From NCBI GenBank assembly GCA_965242925.1, contig CBDEUM010000030.1:160001-224000 (forward strand): a stretch of 64,000 nucleotides of DNA, given 5' to 3'. The translations under genes and the position numbers were made by a program. Under the pieces are notes generated by a model that worked only from the letters and a program-made list of their open reading frames with translations, ran no database searches and was not told where the DNA came from. This document shows, in pieces, positions 9,924 through 20,593 of this stretch (positions are counted from its first letter, which is position 1; the number at the start of each line of letters is the position of its first letter). Source of the stretch: Roseibacillus sp. Its GTDB lineage: Bacteria; Verrucomicrobiota; Verrucomicrobiia; Verrucomicrobiales; Akkermansiaceae.

Positions 9924-10760
9924 ATGAGAAACCCCTTTGTCCGGTTCCTCTTCCTGGCTTCCCTGGTCCCTCTCACGTCCTGCGGAGAACAGGCTCAGCC
10001 TCTCCCCCCGGACGAGGGACCCACCCCCCTGCTCCGCGCCCACGCCCACAACGACTACCGCCACAAACGTCCGCTTCTCGACGCGCTTGAGCAGGGATTC
10101 TGCAGCGTGGAGGCCGACATCTTTCTTCGGGGCGACAAACTCCATGTCGCTCACACCCGCTTGGGAATCCGCAAGGACCGCACCCTTGAGGAACTCTACC
10201 TCAAACCCCTGGCGAAACGCGTCCGTGCCAACGAGGGGAGTGTCTATCCCGGGAAGGAGCGCTTCATCCTCCTCATCGACATCAAGTCTGATGGGAACGA
10301 GACCTATCCCGTCCTCGACAAGCTCCTCACCCGCTACCAAACCCTTTTCACCGCCCACCTCAACGGCAGGGAGCGCCCCGGTCCCGTCACCGCAATCCTG
10401 AGCGGAGGGCGACCACGGGCCCTGGTGGAGTCCGACCTCACCCGCTACTGCGCCCTCGACGGCAGAGCCGGTGACCTCGGCGCCGGGACCCCGTCCCATC
10501 TCATCCCGCTGGTCAGCGATAAGTGGTCGAACCACTTCAAATGGCGTGGACGGGGCCCCATGCCAGTCGGGGAGAGAACCTCACTGGAGGAGTTCGTGAC
10601 CCGCGCCCGGAAGGACGGACGCCTCCTGCGTTTCTGGGCCGTTCCCGACCGGTCCGAGTGCTGGCAGGTCCTCCACGACACCGGGGTGGATCTCATCAAC
10701 ACCGACAAGCTCAAGGAACTGGCCCGGTTCCTCCGCAGGACCACCCCGGTCGCCCCGTAA
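9924..10760 (+). CDS. PI-PLC/glycerophosphodiester phosphodiesterase-like lipoprotein
   Basis: Lipobox LTSC; AHAHNDY, SVEADI, LLIDIK, LRFWA and GVDLINTD motifs. Confidence 0.8.
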   Translation: MRNPFVRFLFLASLVPLTSCGEQAQPLPPDEGPTPLLRAHAHNDYRHKRPLLDALEQGFCSVEADIFLRGDKLHVAHTRLGIRKDRTLEELYLKPLAKRVRANEGSVYPGKERFILLIDIKSDGNETYPVLDKLLTRYQTLFTAHLNGRERPGPVTAILSGGRPRALVESDLTRYCALDGRAGDLGAGTPSHLIPLVSDKWSNHFKWRGRGPMPVGERTSLEEFVTRARKDGRLLRFWAVPDRSECWQVLHDTGVDLINTDKLKELARFLRRTTPVAP

Positions 10761-10782
10761 CCGCTCCCCGCACTCCCTCCTC

Positions 10783-12183
10783 CTAGAACTCCACCGTTTC
10801 CCCCAGCACACCCACGCTTACATCCCCGTCGTGCACTTCCTGCAGGGCCGTCCGGAAGGTCTCCGAGCGTTCCTGCTCCCCGTGCACGAGCCAGACTTTC
10901 CCGCGTGGTCCCGTCATGGCCCCGAAGTAGTCGAGCAGTTCGGAGTGATCGGCATGGCCGGAAAAGGAATCAAGTTCCTCCACTGCGGCCTTCACCTTGA
11001 AGGTCTCCCCGAAGATTCTGACCTCCTCCCAGCGTTGGCGGATTTTCCAGCCGAGGGTCTGCTGCGCACAATAGCCCACGAAAAGAACGGTGGTCCGGGG
11101 ATCCCCGATTCCATTGCGCAGGTGGTGCAGGATGCGTCCCGCCTCACACATACCGGAAGCGGAAATGATGATGGCCTGCCCTTCCTGCGCATTCAGGTCC
11201 TTCGACTTCTGCACTTCCCGGATGAGGGTCAGCCCGTCAAACCCGAAGGGGTTGCGTTTCTCGTGAAGAAAGCGGTGCACCTCCTCGTTGAAACACTCGG
11301 GATGCAGTCGGAAGATCTCGGTGGCATTCACCGCCAGGGGACTGTCGACGTAGACCGGGACCTCCGGAATGCGCTCCTCCTCGAAAAGTTGATGCAGGGC
11401 CCAGAGCAGGGCCTGGGTCCTCTCCACCGCAAAGGCCGGGATCAGGATCTTACCCCCCCGCTCCAGGGAACGCTCGAGAATCGCCACCAGCCGATCGTCC
11501 GCCCTGGTCGGCATCTCGTGCTCGCGCCCCCCGTAGGTGCTCTCCATCAGGAGAAAGTCGATCTCCCGGGCCACCGCCGGATCACGCAGGATATCATTGT
11601 CCCCCCGCCCCACATCCCCGGAGAAGAGGAAGCGTTTCTTCTCGCCGTCCTCCTGGTCCTCGATTTCCAGCAGGACCTGGGCACTGCCCAGGATGTGCCC
11701 GGCGTCCAGAAAGGTCAGAGACACTCCGTCAGAGATGGGCAACGGACGATCATATCCCACATTGACGAACTGTCGCATGCAGGCATCCGCATCCTCCACC
11801 GAATAGATTGGTTCCCGCAGGGGTTGGCCCTCCTTCTTCAGCCGTTTGTTGAGCCACTTCACATCACTGGCCTGGATCCGTGCGCAATCGGCCAGCATGA
11901 TCTGGCAGAGATCCCGAGTCGCGAAGGTGGCGTATATGTTACCACTGTAGCCCTTGCTGCAGAGATTGGGCAGGTTTCCGCTGTGATCGATGTGGGCATG
12001 AGAGAGCACCACCGCGTCGATGGAGGCCGGATCAAGGTGCGGGAAACAGCAGTTGATCTCGTACTCGTCCTGCCGTCGCCCCTGGTAGAGTCCACAATCG
12101 AGCAGGATTCTTTTCCCATTCACCTCCAGCAGATGCTGGGATCCCGTCGTGGTGCCGGCTGCTCCGCAGAATTTCAATTTCAT
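10783..12183 (-). CDS. MBL-fold beta-CASP RNA-metabolising metallo-hydrolase
   Basis: SHAHIDHSG, AGHILGSA, MESTYG, SASGMCEAGR and FSGHAD motifs. Confidence 0.93.
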   Translation of the reverse strand: MKLKFCGAAGTTTGSQHLLEVNGKRILLDCGLYQGRRQDEYEINCCFPHLDPASIDAVVLSHAHIDHSGNLPNLCSKGYSGNIYATFATRDLCQIMLADCARIQASDVKWLNKRLKKEGQPLREPIYSVEDADACMRQFVNVGYDRPLPISDGVSLTFLDAGHILGSAQVLLEIEDQEDGEKKRFLFSGDVGRGDNDILRDPAVAREIDFLLMESTYGGREHEMPTRADDRLVAILERSLERGGKILIPAFAVERTQALLWALHQLFEEERIPEVPVYVDSPLAVNATEIFRLHPECFNEEVHRFLHEKRNPFGFDGLTLIREVQKSKDLNAQEGQAIIISASGMCEAGRILHHLRNGIGDPRTTVLFVGYCAQQTLGWKIRQRWEEVRIFGETFKVKAAVEELDSFSGHADHSELLDYFGAMTGPRGKVWLVHGEQERSETFRTALQEVHDGDVSVGVLGETVEF

Positions 12184-12260
12184 AAGGATGCTGGCAGCAA
12201 TTTAGGAGCCTATCGTCGCAAAGTCCAAGACCGAAGGTCACAGACAGCACTGCCCGGAAC

Positions 12261-12974
12261 CTACCGCCGCAGGACCTTTCCCGCCACCCGCCGACCCACC
12301 TCCCTGGCGATCTTGCGCTCCATGTCCCGGCCCATGAGAATCTCGATCGCTCCCGGCACGGCCTGCCGGTAGGCCAGCGACTTGCAGGCCAGCACCACCG
12401 CCTCGCTCTCGCGCAGGCGGGGAAAGACATGAGACTCGTCGATAATAGTGGCCATCATCCTGGCCGCCTGCACCTCGACCTGCAGCGAGGACAGTGACAT
12501 CAGGCTGCCCGCCCCGAGAGCCGCGGCGGCCAGTGCAAGTCCCAGGCCGGCCGGAATTTTGGCCACCACCACGGCAAATATCAGCACCACCAGAGTGAAG
12601 ATGGGAAAGGCGAAGCTGAACTTCACCGCCCACTGGCGCCACTTGAGCAGATCCGGATTACTGGTGGCCACCAGAGCGTGCCCACACAGGAGGGCCACCT
12701 CGCCCAGGGCCAGAACGTTCTTCGCCCCCACCAGGCGTTTGGAGAGCATCAGCTTGACCGGTTTGCCCACCTTGACCTCTGCCCTGCGTTTCTCGATCAC
12801 CTCCACCTTGCCGGATATCCCTGCCTTGGAGAGGAGAAGATCCGCCAGTTCCCGCCCGGTCCGCGAGGTCTCCCCGTCGCCCGCCGAACGCACCCCACGA
12901 TCACAGAAGAGCTTCCTTACCACCACTGAGAGAATGATGGGAAGGAGTGAAATCAGAAGGATCACCCGTGACAC
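12261..12974 (-). CDS. Membrane protein resembling the putative neutral zinc metallopeptidase (YugP-like) family, with a degenerate HExxH
   Basis: N-terminal TM, TGRELADLLL, VALLCGHAL, two TMs, LQVEVQAARM; matches the family layout as I recall it. Confidence 0.55.
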   Translation of the reverse strand: MSRVILLISLLPIILSVVVRKLFCDRGVRSAGDGETSRTGRELADLLLSKAGISGKVEVIEKRRAEVKVGKPVKLMLSKRLVGAKNVLALGEVALLCGHALVATSNPDLLKWRQWAVKFSFAFPIFTLVVLIFAVVVAKIPAGLGLALAAAALGAGSLMSLSSLQVEVQAARMMATIIDESHVFPRLRESEAVVLACKSLAYRQAVPGAIEILMGRDMERKIAREVGRRVAGKVLRR

Positions 12975-13032
12975 GATCGGACTCTACCCCAAATTCCCGG
13001 GAACCAACACCAAATAGACCGGGTTCTCCGTG

Positions 13033-15594
13033 CTACCTCCACTCATGCCTCGGATAGCGTCCCGCGAGATCCTTCTTCATCCGGGGGTAACCACTCACCC
13101 AGAAACTCTCCAGGTCCTGGGTCACCTGCCAGGGACGCTGGTTCGGCGCGAGAATCTGCACCTGTACCGGACGACCGGAAATGGCAGGGGTCTCCCTGAC
13201 GCCATACAGCTGCTGTACCCTGAGGGCGATGGAGGGATCCTTCCCGGCTTCGTATCCCACCTTCGCCCCCACCCCATTGGCCAGTTCAATCCGTTCCGGG
13301 GCATAACTCTCGAGGGCTGCGGACTGGGGGGCGGAGAGCCAGTCCCGGAGAACGGGCCAGACCTCGCGGTCCTTCACCTCCCGGTAAGAACGCGCCTTCC
13401 TGCACACCTGCGTGACAATCAGCTTCTTCTCCTCGTCACCAATGGGGCTGATTCCCAGCTCGGGCATGGATCGTGCAACAAAGGCCACCCGCGCGATCCA
13501 GCGCTCCACCTTGGCGTCCCATCGCTTGAGCAGGAGGGACCCGCTCACGATGTGATCCGCCAACAGGGCCGCCGCTTCCTCCTCACCCACTTCCCCCCCT
13601 TCCTTCTCCTCGATCACGAGATCATGGAACATCACCCGCCGGCGGACCACCACGCGCCGCGCCACTTCGTCAAAGACCGCTCCTGCCTCCTTCCGGAACC
13701 CCATCGGGAACAACTCCCGCAACCACTCCTCCTCCACTCGAACTGCATGCCTGAGATGGACCGTCATCTCCCGTCCCTGAACCTCCGTCATCCCGGTGGC
13801 CACCAACACCATCGCCTCCCGCGCCACGCTCCCCTCATCCAGTTTCCCGCGTCTCCCTCCGGCCACCCGACAGGCCAGCGATCCCCGGCTGGTCCGCACT
13901 GCCACGTGGTCCCCATAGGCTGCCAGCACGGCCCGGCCCAGGGGCACACGCAGTTCCTCCATCGCCACCTGGCCTGAACGAACCGATGGTCGACCCGCGA
14001 GGGCGCAAAGTTGCTTCCAGACCTGCAGGGTTTCCCTCGTCTGCCGGGCATGAATGGCAAACTCGCCGCAACGAACGGGATCGAAACGCATACTCTCCGC
14101 AGCCTCGCAGGCCCGCCACTGGGCCTCAAAATCAGATCGATCACCATCCCCCTGGAAGTGCCCCCGCTGGGCACGGGTGGCCTTTCTGGCAAACACTCCC
14201 TCGCTCTGGAGAACTGCCGCCGCAAAACAGGCCTCCGCCACACAGCCTTCCTCCTCGGCAGCTTCCAGAAGGCGTGCTGCGCGGGGATGCAACGGATAAC
14301 GCGCCATCGATGCTCCCACTTCCGTGATCGCTCCCTCCCCGTCCACCGCTCCCAGCATTTCCAGCAGACGCTCCGCCCGTCGGAGGGAATCCTCCTCCGG
14401 GGTATCCAACCAGCGGAACTCCCGCACCTCTCCCACCCTCCCGGCCTTCAGGTAGAGAACCGCCTCCGCCAGATCGACCCGGTGCACCTCAGGTCGCTCG
14501 AACTCCGGGCGCCGGGCGTGGTCCCGCTCGCTCCACAACCTCACGCACCGACCCGGCTCGGTTCTCCCCGCGCGCCCAGCCCGCTGCTGAGCCGCCGCCT
14601 GAGAAATCTTCCGGATGGTCAGGGTGTCGATCCCGCGCCGGGCATCGTAGGAAGCAATCCGTGCAAGGCCCGAATCAATCACCGCGATCACCCCGTCAAT
14701 CGTGATCGAAGTCTCCGCCACGTTAGTTGCCACGATGATCCGGGGCGTCTCACCAGGATCAATCGCTTCCGCTTGCGCGGCCGGAGAGAGGGCGGAATAC
14801 AGGGCTTTCACCTCCCAACCCCGCGCCCAACTGCTTCGCTCCAGCAGCTCCACCGTCCTGCGAATCTCATAGGCCCCGGGGAGAAAGACCAGCATCCTCT
14901 CTCCTCCACTGCCCCCGGATTCCCTTCCCTCGTTGCGCACGAGGATCTCTTCCCGGCAGGCCTTCCCCACCTGTTCCCAGACCGGCACGGTTTCCATCGC
15001 CCCGTGCCTCCCCCGCCTGGGAGGTGGAGGAGGTTGATGGAAAATCTCCACCGGATACATTCGCCCCCCTGCCTCCAGCACTTCGCAGGGATGCAGGTAG
15101 TCCGCCAATCCTGCTGTTTCCAGGGTAGCGGACATGACGAGAACCCGGAGTTTCGGCCGCCCGCCTTCCTGCAAATCGAGCACACGAGCCAGGGAAAGAT
15201 CGGAGGCCAGTCTCCGCTCATGAAACTCGTCGAAGAGCACCGCACCCACTCCCTCCAGTTCCGGGTCGTCGCGCAACCAGCGCTGCAATACTCCGTCCGT
15301 GACGTAGACGATCCTCGTCCGCTCGCCGTAGCAGGTGTCGAAACGCACCGCATAGCCCACCTCCTCCCCCAGCTTCACTCCGAGTGAGCGGGCCACGAAC
15401 CCGGCCAGCAGACGCGCTGCGATCCGGCGGGGCTGAACCACCACGATCATTCCCTCCACCTGGGAGGCCTGCAGGATCATGGCGGGCACCCCGGTCGATT
15501 TTCCCGATCCCGTGGGTGCCCGCAAAAGAATCCTCCCGCCTTGCCGCAGGCACTCCTCCAACTCCTCCCGGATCTCGAAAACAGGTAGAACCAC
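13033..15594 (-). CDS. hrpB: ATP-dependent RNA helicase HrpB
   Basis: APTGSGKST, DEFHER, MSAT, ATNVAETSITI, QRAGRAGR; C-terminal QVTQDLESFW...YPRHEW. Confidence 0.95.
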   Translation of the reverse strand: MVLPVFEIREELEECLRQGGRILLRAPTGSGKSTGVPAMILQASQVEGMIVVVQPRRIAARLLAGFVARSLGVKLGEEVGYAVRFDTCYGERTRIVYVTDGVLQRWLRDDPELEGVGAVLFDEFHERRLASDLSLARVLDLQEGGRPKLRVLVMSATLETAGLADYLHPCEVLEAGGRMYPVEIFHQPPPPPRRGRHGAMETVPVWEQVGKACREEILVRNEGRESGGSGGERMLVFLPGAYEIRRTVELLERSSWARGWEVKALYSALSPAAQAEAIDPGETPRIIVATNVAETSITIDGVIAVIDSGLARIASYDARRGIDTLTIRKISQAAAQQRAGRAGRTEPGRCVRLWSERDHARRPEFERPEVHRVDLAEAVLYLKAGRVGEVREFRWLDTPEEDSLRRAERLLEMLGAVDGEGAITEVGASMARYPLHPRAARLLEAAEEEGCVAEACFAAAVLQSEGVFARKATRAQRGHFQGDGDRSDFEAQWRACEAAESMRFDPVRCGEFAIHARQTRETLQVWKQLCALAGRPSVRSGQVAMEELRVPLGRAVLAAYGDHVAVRTSRGSLACRVAGGRRGKLDEGSVAREAMVLVATGMTEVQGREMTVHLRHAVRVEEEWLRELFPMGFRKEAGAVFDEVARRVVVRRRVMFHDLVIEEKEGGEVGEEEAAALLADHIVSGSLLLKRWDAKVERWIARVAFVARSMPELGISPIGDEEKKLIVTQVCRKARSYREVKDREVWPVLRDWLSAPQSAALESYAPERIELANGVGAKVGYEAGKDPSIALRVQQLYGVRETPAISGRPVQVQILAPNQRPWQVTQDLESFWVSGYPRMKKDLAGRYPRHEWR

Positions 15595-15769
15595 TGCCCC
15601 TTTCTTAGCCCTCCAGACCTGACATCCAAATCCTAATTCTCACCGGCAAATCCTTGTAATTACAGCAGAATCGGCCCTTATCAATACTGCTCCCCATCTC
15701 CCGGCAACCTCCGGTCCGGGCCCGCGTTATTTCTTTGCACCTCAGCCTAAACCAAATTAAGTTACTCTC

Positions 15770-16042
15770 ATGACAAACACCGTGGCGTTCATCGGTGGCC
15801 TCGGCGGTCCGGAGATCGCGGTCATCTTCATAATCGTCCTCCTTCTCTTCGGGGCCAAGAAAATCCCCGAGCTTGCCCGTGGACTTGGAAAGAGCATGGG
15901 TGAGTTCAAACGTGCCCGGGACGACTTTGAAGACGAAATCAGGATGGCTGAAATGGACACCTCCAACGAAACCGAGGAAAAAAAGGTCGCGACCGAGGAA
16001 GCCAAGCACAAGGAAGAAGCTTCGGCCTCCGAGGATTCCTGA
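15770..16042 (+). CDS. tatA: Twin-arginine translocase subunit TatA/E
   Basis: [36 protein letters not shown]. Confidence 0.95.
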   Translation: MTNTVAFIGGLGGPEIAVIFIIVLLLFGAKKIPELARGLGKSMGEFKRARDDFEDEIRMAEMDTSNETEEKKVATEEAKHKEEASASEDS

Positions 16043-17157
16043 TGCACCGCCTCCTCTCAAAATCCTCTTTCTTTCGCGCCCCGCAGCATGCCGGGGCGTT
16101 TCTTTTTCTCTTCTTTTCCCTTCTCCTGTCCGGTTGTGGCGACAAGGAGGAGTTTTCCGATTGGGAACGGACCGAAAAACCGCCCCCGGAAGAATCCGAG
16201 CTATCTACCACGTCTGAGCACGAGTCGGAATCCGCTGCGCTGGCGACCCCCCCTGCACCGGAGACCACGTCAGCTCCTCCTGACGGGAAGGACAACCAAC
16301 GGAGCACCCAGCTCCGCTTTCTCTCCTACAACGTCCGGAACTATCTCACCATGTCCCGTTTCGTCGACGGTGAACGCAAAGACCGGCGCAAACCTGCCCG
16401 GGAGGTGGAGGCCCTCGTCAGGATCATCGTGGAGGCCCAACCCGATGTCCTTGGCATCAGCGAAATTGGAACGGCGAAGGACCTCGCTGAGCTGAAGGAG
16501 AAGCTCTCCGAGGCGGGGCTCGCCTTGAAATACTCCGAGCATGCCGGAGGAGCCGATGAGACGCGCCGCCTCGCCCTCCTCTCCCGCTACCCCATCGTGG
16601 CCGTCAATTCGCAGGGAGCTGACGGCTCACTCGTCTACCAGTCGGTTGACGCCGACAACAACCCCAAGGAATTCGCCATGCAGCGGGGAATCCTCGACGC
16701 CACCATAGAAGCTGGCACCCGCAGGATCCGCTTCCTGGGAGTGCACCTGAAATCCAAGCGCGAAACTCCCGAGGGTCACCAGGATCTCATGCGCCGCCAC
16801 GAAGCCTACCTCCTGCGCAAACATGCCGACCGCATCCTGCAGGAGAGGCCCGGAACTCTCCTCTGCGTTTATGGCGATCTCAATGAGACACGCCGGGAGA
16901 GCCCCGTCCGCTCCATCCAGGGCCCCACCCAGTCAACACGCTACCTCGAACCGCTTTCCCACAAGGACTCTCGCGGCGAAGTGTGGACTCATTACTGGGA
17001 TTATCAGCACCTCTACTCCCGCTTCGACTACGTCCTCGCCAGCCGGTCCCTTCGACCACTCTTCAACCAGAAGGCCAGCCATATCATCGATGACCCCCGA
17101 TGGTCTGTCGCATCCGACCACCGTGCCCTGTTGAGCATATTCGACCTGGAGAAATGA
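16042..17157 (+). CDS. Endonuclease/exonuclease/phosphatase family lipoprotein
   Basis: Lipobox LLSGC; SYNVRNY, PDVLGISEI, GVHLKS, YGDLN, FDYVL and SDHRAL motifs. Confidence 0.88.
   Translation: MHRLLSKSSFFRAPQHAGAFLFLFFSLLLSGCGDKEEFSDWERTEKPPPEESELSTTSEHESESAALATPPAPETTSAPPDGKDNQRSTQLRFLSYNVRNYLTMSRFVDGERKDRRKPAREVEALVRIIVEAQPDVLGISEIGTAKDLAELKEKLSEAGLALKYSEHAGGADETRRLALLSRYPIVAVNSQGADGSLVYQSVDADNNPKEFAMQRGILDATIEAGTRRIRFLGVHLKSKRETPEGHQDLMRRHEAYLLRKHADRILQERPGTLLCVYGDLNETRRESPVRSIQGPTQSTRYLEPLSHKDSRGEVWTHYWDYQHLYSRFDYVLASRSLRPLFNQKASHIIDDPRWSVASDHRALLSIFDLEK
16077..16107 (+). terminator. Putative intrinsic terminator after tatA
   Basis: CGCCCCG-N8-CGGGGCG hairpin followed by TTTCTTTTT. 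Confidence 0.6.
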
Positions 17158-17164
17158 GCTTCTC

Positions 17165-18130
17165 CTAGGCCGCACCCCTGGCCTGCTCCGCCAGATCCGC
17201 CTCGATCGCCTCAAGCACATCTTCCTCCGGGTGGAAATCCGCAGCGTGATAAGAACTGCGTACCAGCGGCCCACTGGCGACATGTCGGAACCCCTTCTCC
17301 AGGGCCGCCTCCCGCAGTTTCTCAAATCGTTCGGGCGTAATGTAATCCACCACCGGAAGGTGCATCACACTGGGCCGCAGGTACTGCCCCATAGTCAAAA
17401 CCGTCACTCCATGCTCCAGGAGATCGTCCATGGCCTGCAACACTTCCTCCTCCCGTTCACCCAGGCCCAGCATGAGGCCACTCTTGGTTGCCACTTTCCC
17501 GTCAACGATGTCCTTGGCTTTCCTCAGGACGCTGAGCGAGCGCTGGTATTGTGCCCGACTGCGCACCAGGGGCGTAAGACGTTCCACGGTCTCAATGTTA
17601 TGATTAAAGATATGGGGGCGTGCCGCCATCACCAGTTCAAGGGCCCAGTCCTTGTCATTAAAGTCCGGCACGAGAACCTCGATGATGATCTTGGGATTAC
17701 AGGCGCGTACCGCCTCGATGGTGCGTTGAAAATGTTCCGCTCCGCCGTCCTTCAGGTCGTCCCTGGCCACCGCAGTGATCACGATGTGATTGAGATTCAT
17801 GCGCTTCGTAGCCTCCGCCACCCGCTCCGGTTCATCCTCCTCGAGAGCCTCTGGTCTGGCGGTCTTGACCGCACAGAAGCCACAGGCCCGCGTACATCTC
17901 TCGCCCGCGATCATGAAGGTGGCCGTGCCCTGCCCCCAGCATTCCCAGCGATTGGGACACTGCGCCTCCTCACAAACGGTAACCAGTTTCAGGTCGTTGA
18001 TGAGGGACTTCGTCGACCAAAAAGCCGGATTGTGAGGCAGCCGTACACGAATCCAGTCCGGCTTCTGCTCCCGGTGCAACCCAGGATCCATCAACATCTT
18101 TGGACCGCGATCAACACCACACCCGCTCAT
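17165..18130 (-). CDS. lipA: Lipoyl synthase
   Basis: CEEAQCPNRWEC, CTRACGFC and GPLVRSSYHA motifs. Confidence 0.97.
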   Translation of the reverse strand: MSGCGVDRGPKMLMDPGLHREQKPDWIRVRLPHNPAFWSTKSLINDLKLVTVCEEAQCPNRWECWGQGTATFMIAGERCTRACGFCAVKTARPEALEEDEPERVAEATKRMNLNHIVITAVARDDLKDGGAEHFQRTIEAVRACNPKIIIEVLVPDFNDKDWALELVMAARPHIFNHNIETVERLTPLVRSRAQYQRSLSVLRKAKDIVDGKVATKSGLMLGLGEREEEVLQAMDDLLEHGVTVLTMGQYLRPSVMHLPVVDYITPERFEKLREAALEKGFRHVASGPLVRSSYHAADFHPEEDVLEAIEADLAEQARGAA

Positions 18131-18200
18131 TACTTCGAAACGCTACGTCCCCATCCCGAAATACAAAATCATAATTTCAAGATTCTGAATCTCAGTAATT

Positions 18201-19269
18201 CTACTCACCAGGCGGGATCTTCAGGACTTCCCCCACCAGGATCCTGTCCGGATTTGTAATGCCGCTAGCCCTGATGATAGCCGCCACCGTCACCTTGTGA
18301 AAACGGCCAATCTCAGAAATGGTATCGCCCGGTTGCACAATATACTCCCTGAAATCATCCTGTGAACCGGACTCGGGGGCTGGTTCGGGGGCTGGTTCGG
18401 GGGCTGGTTCGGGGGCTGGTTCGGGGGCTGGTTCGGGGGCTGGTTCGGGGGCTGGTTCGGGGGCAGGTTCGGGGGCAGGTTCGGGGGCTGGTTCGGGGGC
18501 AGGGTCGGGGGCAGGGTCGGGGGCAGGGTCGGGGGCAGGGTCGGGGAGGGTCGGGGGCTGGGTCGGGGGCAGGGTCGGGGGCAGGGTCGGGGGCAGGGTC
18601 GGGGGCAGGGTCGGGGGCAGGGTCAGGGTCGGGGCAGGGTCGGGCGCAGGGTCGGGGACAGGGTCGGGGACAGGGTCGGGGGCAGGGTCGCAGGGTCGGG
18701 GGCAGGGTCGTCGGGGCAGGGTCGGGGACAGGGTCGGGGACAGGGTCGGGGGCAGGGTCGGGGGCTGGTTCGGGGGCAGGGTCGGGGGCTGGTTCGGGGG
18801 CAGGGTCGGGGGCTGGTTCGGGGGCAGGGTCGGGGGCAGGGTCGAGCGGCGTCGGTTGCTGAGTTCCACTTATCCTACTATGCAATCCTGCATGCCATGT
18901 CTCCGGACCTTCCACCTGGAGTGCTGTCAGAAACTTCTGGCGTTCCGCTTCCGGGAGCCCCTCAACCAGGGCGGCGAGCTCGGACGATTCCTGCTCACTC
19001 AGCTGGTTTTCCAGAGCCCCCAACCGTGCCTGTAGGGCCGCCAACCTGCTCTCCTCAGCCTGCACCGTGGACTCCAGACCGCTCACCACCACTGCACGCA
19101 GATTCATGTGCTCGTCGCGTAACTTCCTGAGCGCGAAAGCCACTGCAATCAGGGACATCAGGACGACCAGACCGATCAGAGTGGCGAGCACCCGGAAACC
19201 ACCAGTCACCGACGGCTTCACCTTCGGTGTATTGCGAAACATTCCGTGACTACTCTTTCCTGCCATCAA
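18201..19269 (-). CDS. Membrane-anchored LysM protein with Pro-rich (PDPA/PEPA) linker; frame disrupted inside the repeat
   Basis: N-terminal TM and coiled coil in ORF 18355..19269; LysM (EYIVQPGDTISEIG...NPDRILVGEVLKIP) in ORF 18201..18869; total length 1069 nt is not a multiple of 3. Confidence 0.75.
18370..18845. repeat. 12-bp tandem repeat array (GGGGGCAGGGTC / GGGGGCTGGTTC variants)
   Basis: Direct inspection; encodes the PDPA/PEPA/PDPV linker. Confidence 0.95.
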
Positions 19270-19347
19270 CTACCATCAAGCATGTAACCAAAACCAACAC
19301 GGGGGTCGAGAATTGATGCCGCCCTTTTTACATTCTCTTATAGCACC

Positions 19348-20498
19348 TTACTCAACCGGGATCTTGATGATCCGACCCACCCTGATCCTGTTGGGATTGG
19401 TGATCCCATTGGCCCGCGCCAGAGCCCGGGCACTCACCTTGTATTCCTGAGCAATTCGGGAAAGCGAGTCCCCCGGCCGAATCCTGTATTCCTTGGATTT
19501 TGCAGAGGACCCACCGGCAGGGTCCGGGGCAGGGTCCGGGGCAGGGTCCGGGGCAGGGTCCGGGGCAGGGTCCGGGGCAGGGTCCGGGGCAGGGTCCGGG
19601 GCAGGGTCCGGGGCAGGGTCCGGGGCAGGGTCCGGGGCAGGGTCCGGGGCGGGGCAGGGGCAGGGTCCGGCACAGGGTCCGGCACAGGGTCCGGGTCCGG
19701 GTCCGGGTCCGGGTCCGGGTCCGGGTCCGGGTCCGGGTCAGGGTCCGGGGCAGGGTCCGGGGCAGGGTCCGGGGCAGGGGCAGGGTCCGGCACAGGGTCC
19801 GGGTCCGGGTCCGGCACAGGGTCCGGCACAGGGTCCGGCACAGGGTCCGGCACAGGGTTCGGCACAGGGTTCGGCACAGGGTCCGGCACAGGGTCCGGCA
19901 CAGGGTCCGGCACAGGGTCCGGCACAGGGTCCGGCACAGGGTCCGGCACAGGGTCCGGCACAGGGTCCGGCACAGGGTCCGGCACAGGGTCCGGCACAGG
20001 GTTCGGCACAGGGTCCGGCACAGGGTCCGGCACAGGGTCCGGGGCGGGGTCCGGCGCAGGGTTCGGCACAGGGTCTGGCGTGGGGTCACCAGATAATACC
20101 CCCTCACTGGTCGAAGGCCGGCCACCATCAAGAGCCCCCAGAGCTGCCAGGAGAGCCTCACGCTCCTCTGCGTTGCGGGAGGCCAGGAAACCCATGACCT
20201 CCAGTTCGGCTGGCTTGTGCCGATGCCATATCCCACTCAGGGTTCCCTTCACGCTGTGAAATTCCTTCCCGGTTTCCTGCTTCAGGGCCGCAAGCTCAGC
20301 GCTCAGGACCGCCATTTCCCCGGATTCCTCTTGCTCAAGGGAGCTTAGCTCGTCTTTCAGGCGCTCAAGGGATACCGCAATCCAGCCAACTGCCAGCAGG
20401 ACCGCCACCCCCATCACTCCGGCTACCACCCGGAATTTTCCTCCGTCCGCCGCCGGTTCGGCGTCCTGAAACAACTCTTGTCTCTTTTCCTCCGTCAT
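19348..20498 (-). CDS. Second membrane-anchored LysM protein with Pro-rich ([10 protein letters not shown]) linker; 1-nt frameshift near 19650
   Basis: N-terminus in ORF 19434..20498; manual translation of another frame gives [47 protein letters not shown] with TAA at 19348-19350. Confidence 0.75.
19515..20080. repeat. 12-bp and 6-bp tandem repeat array (GGCACAGGGTCC, GGGGCAGGGTCC, GGGTCC)
   Basis: Direct inspection. Confidence 0.95.
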
Positions 20499-20593
20499 CC
20501 CGTCGCCATTTCCCTTTTAGACAAAGGTTCACCTCTTTGTCTAGTGAGGCCTTGAGGAAGTTCTCTCCGAGTCGGCCCCAGGCGGATTCTCTC

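Noticed and set aside
10831..12372. Long antisense ORFs (also 3402-4457, 14011-15387, 24266-25855, 25897-27225, 52330-53463)
   Set aside because: Shadows of well-identified genes, expected at high GC; no recognisable motifs.
18319..20236. ORFs reading GAGS, RTLC, VRHR, GPAQ etc.
   Set aside because: Alternative-frame and antisense readings of the Pro-rich tandem repeats.
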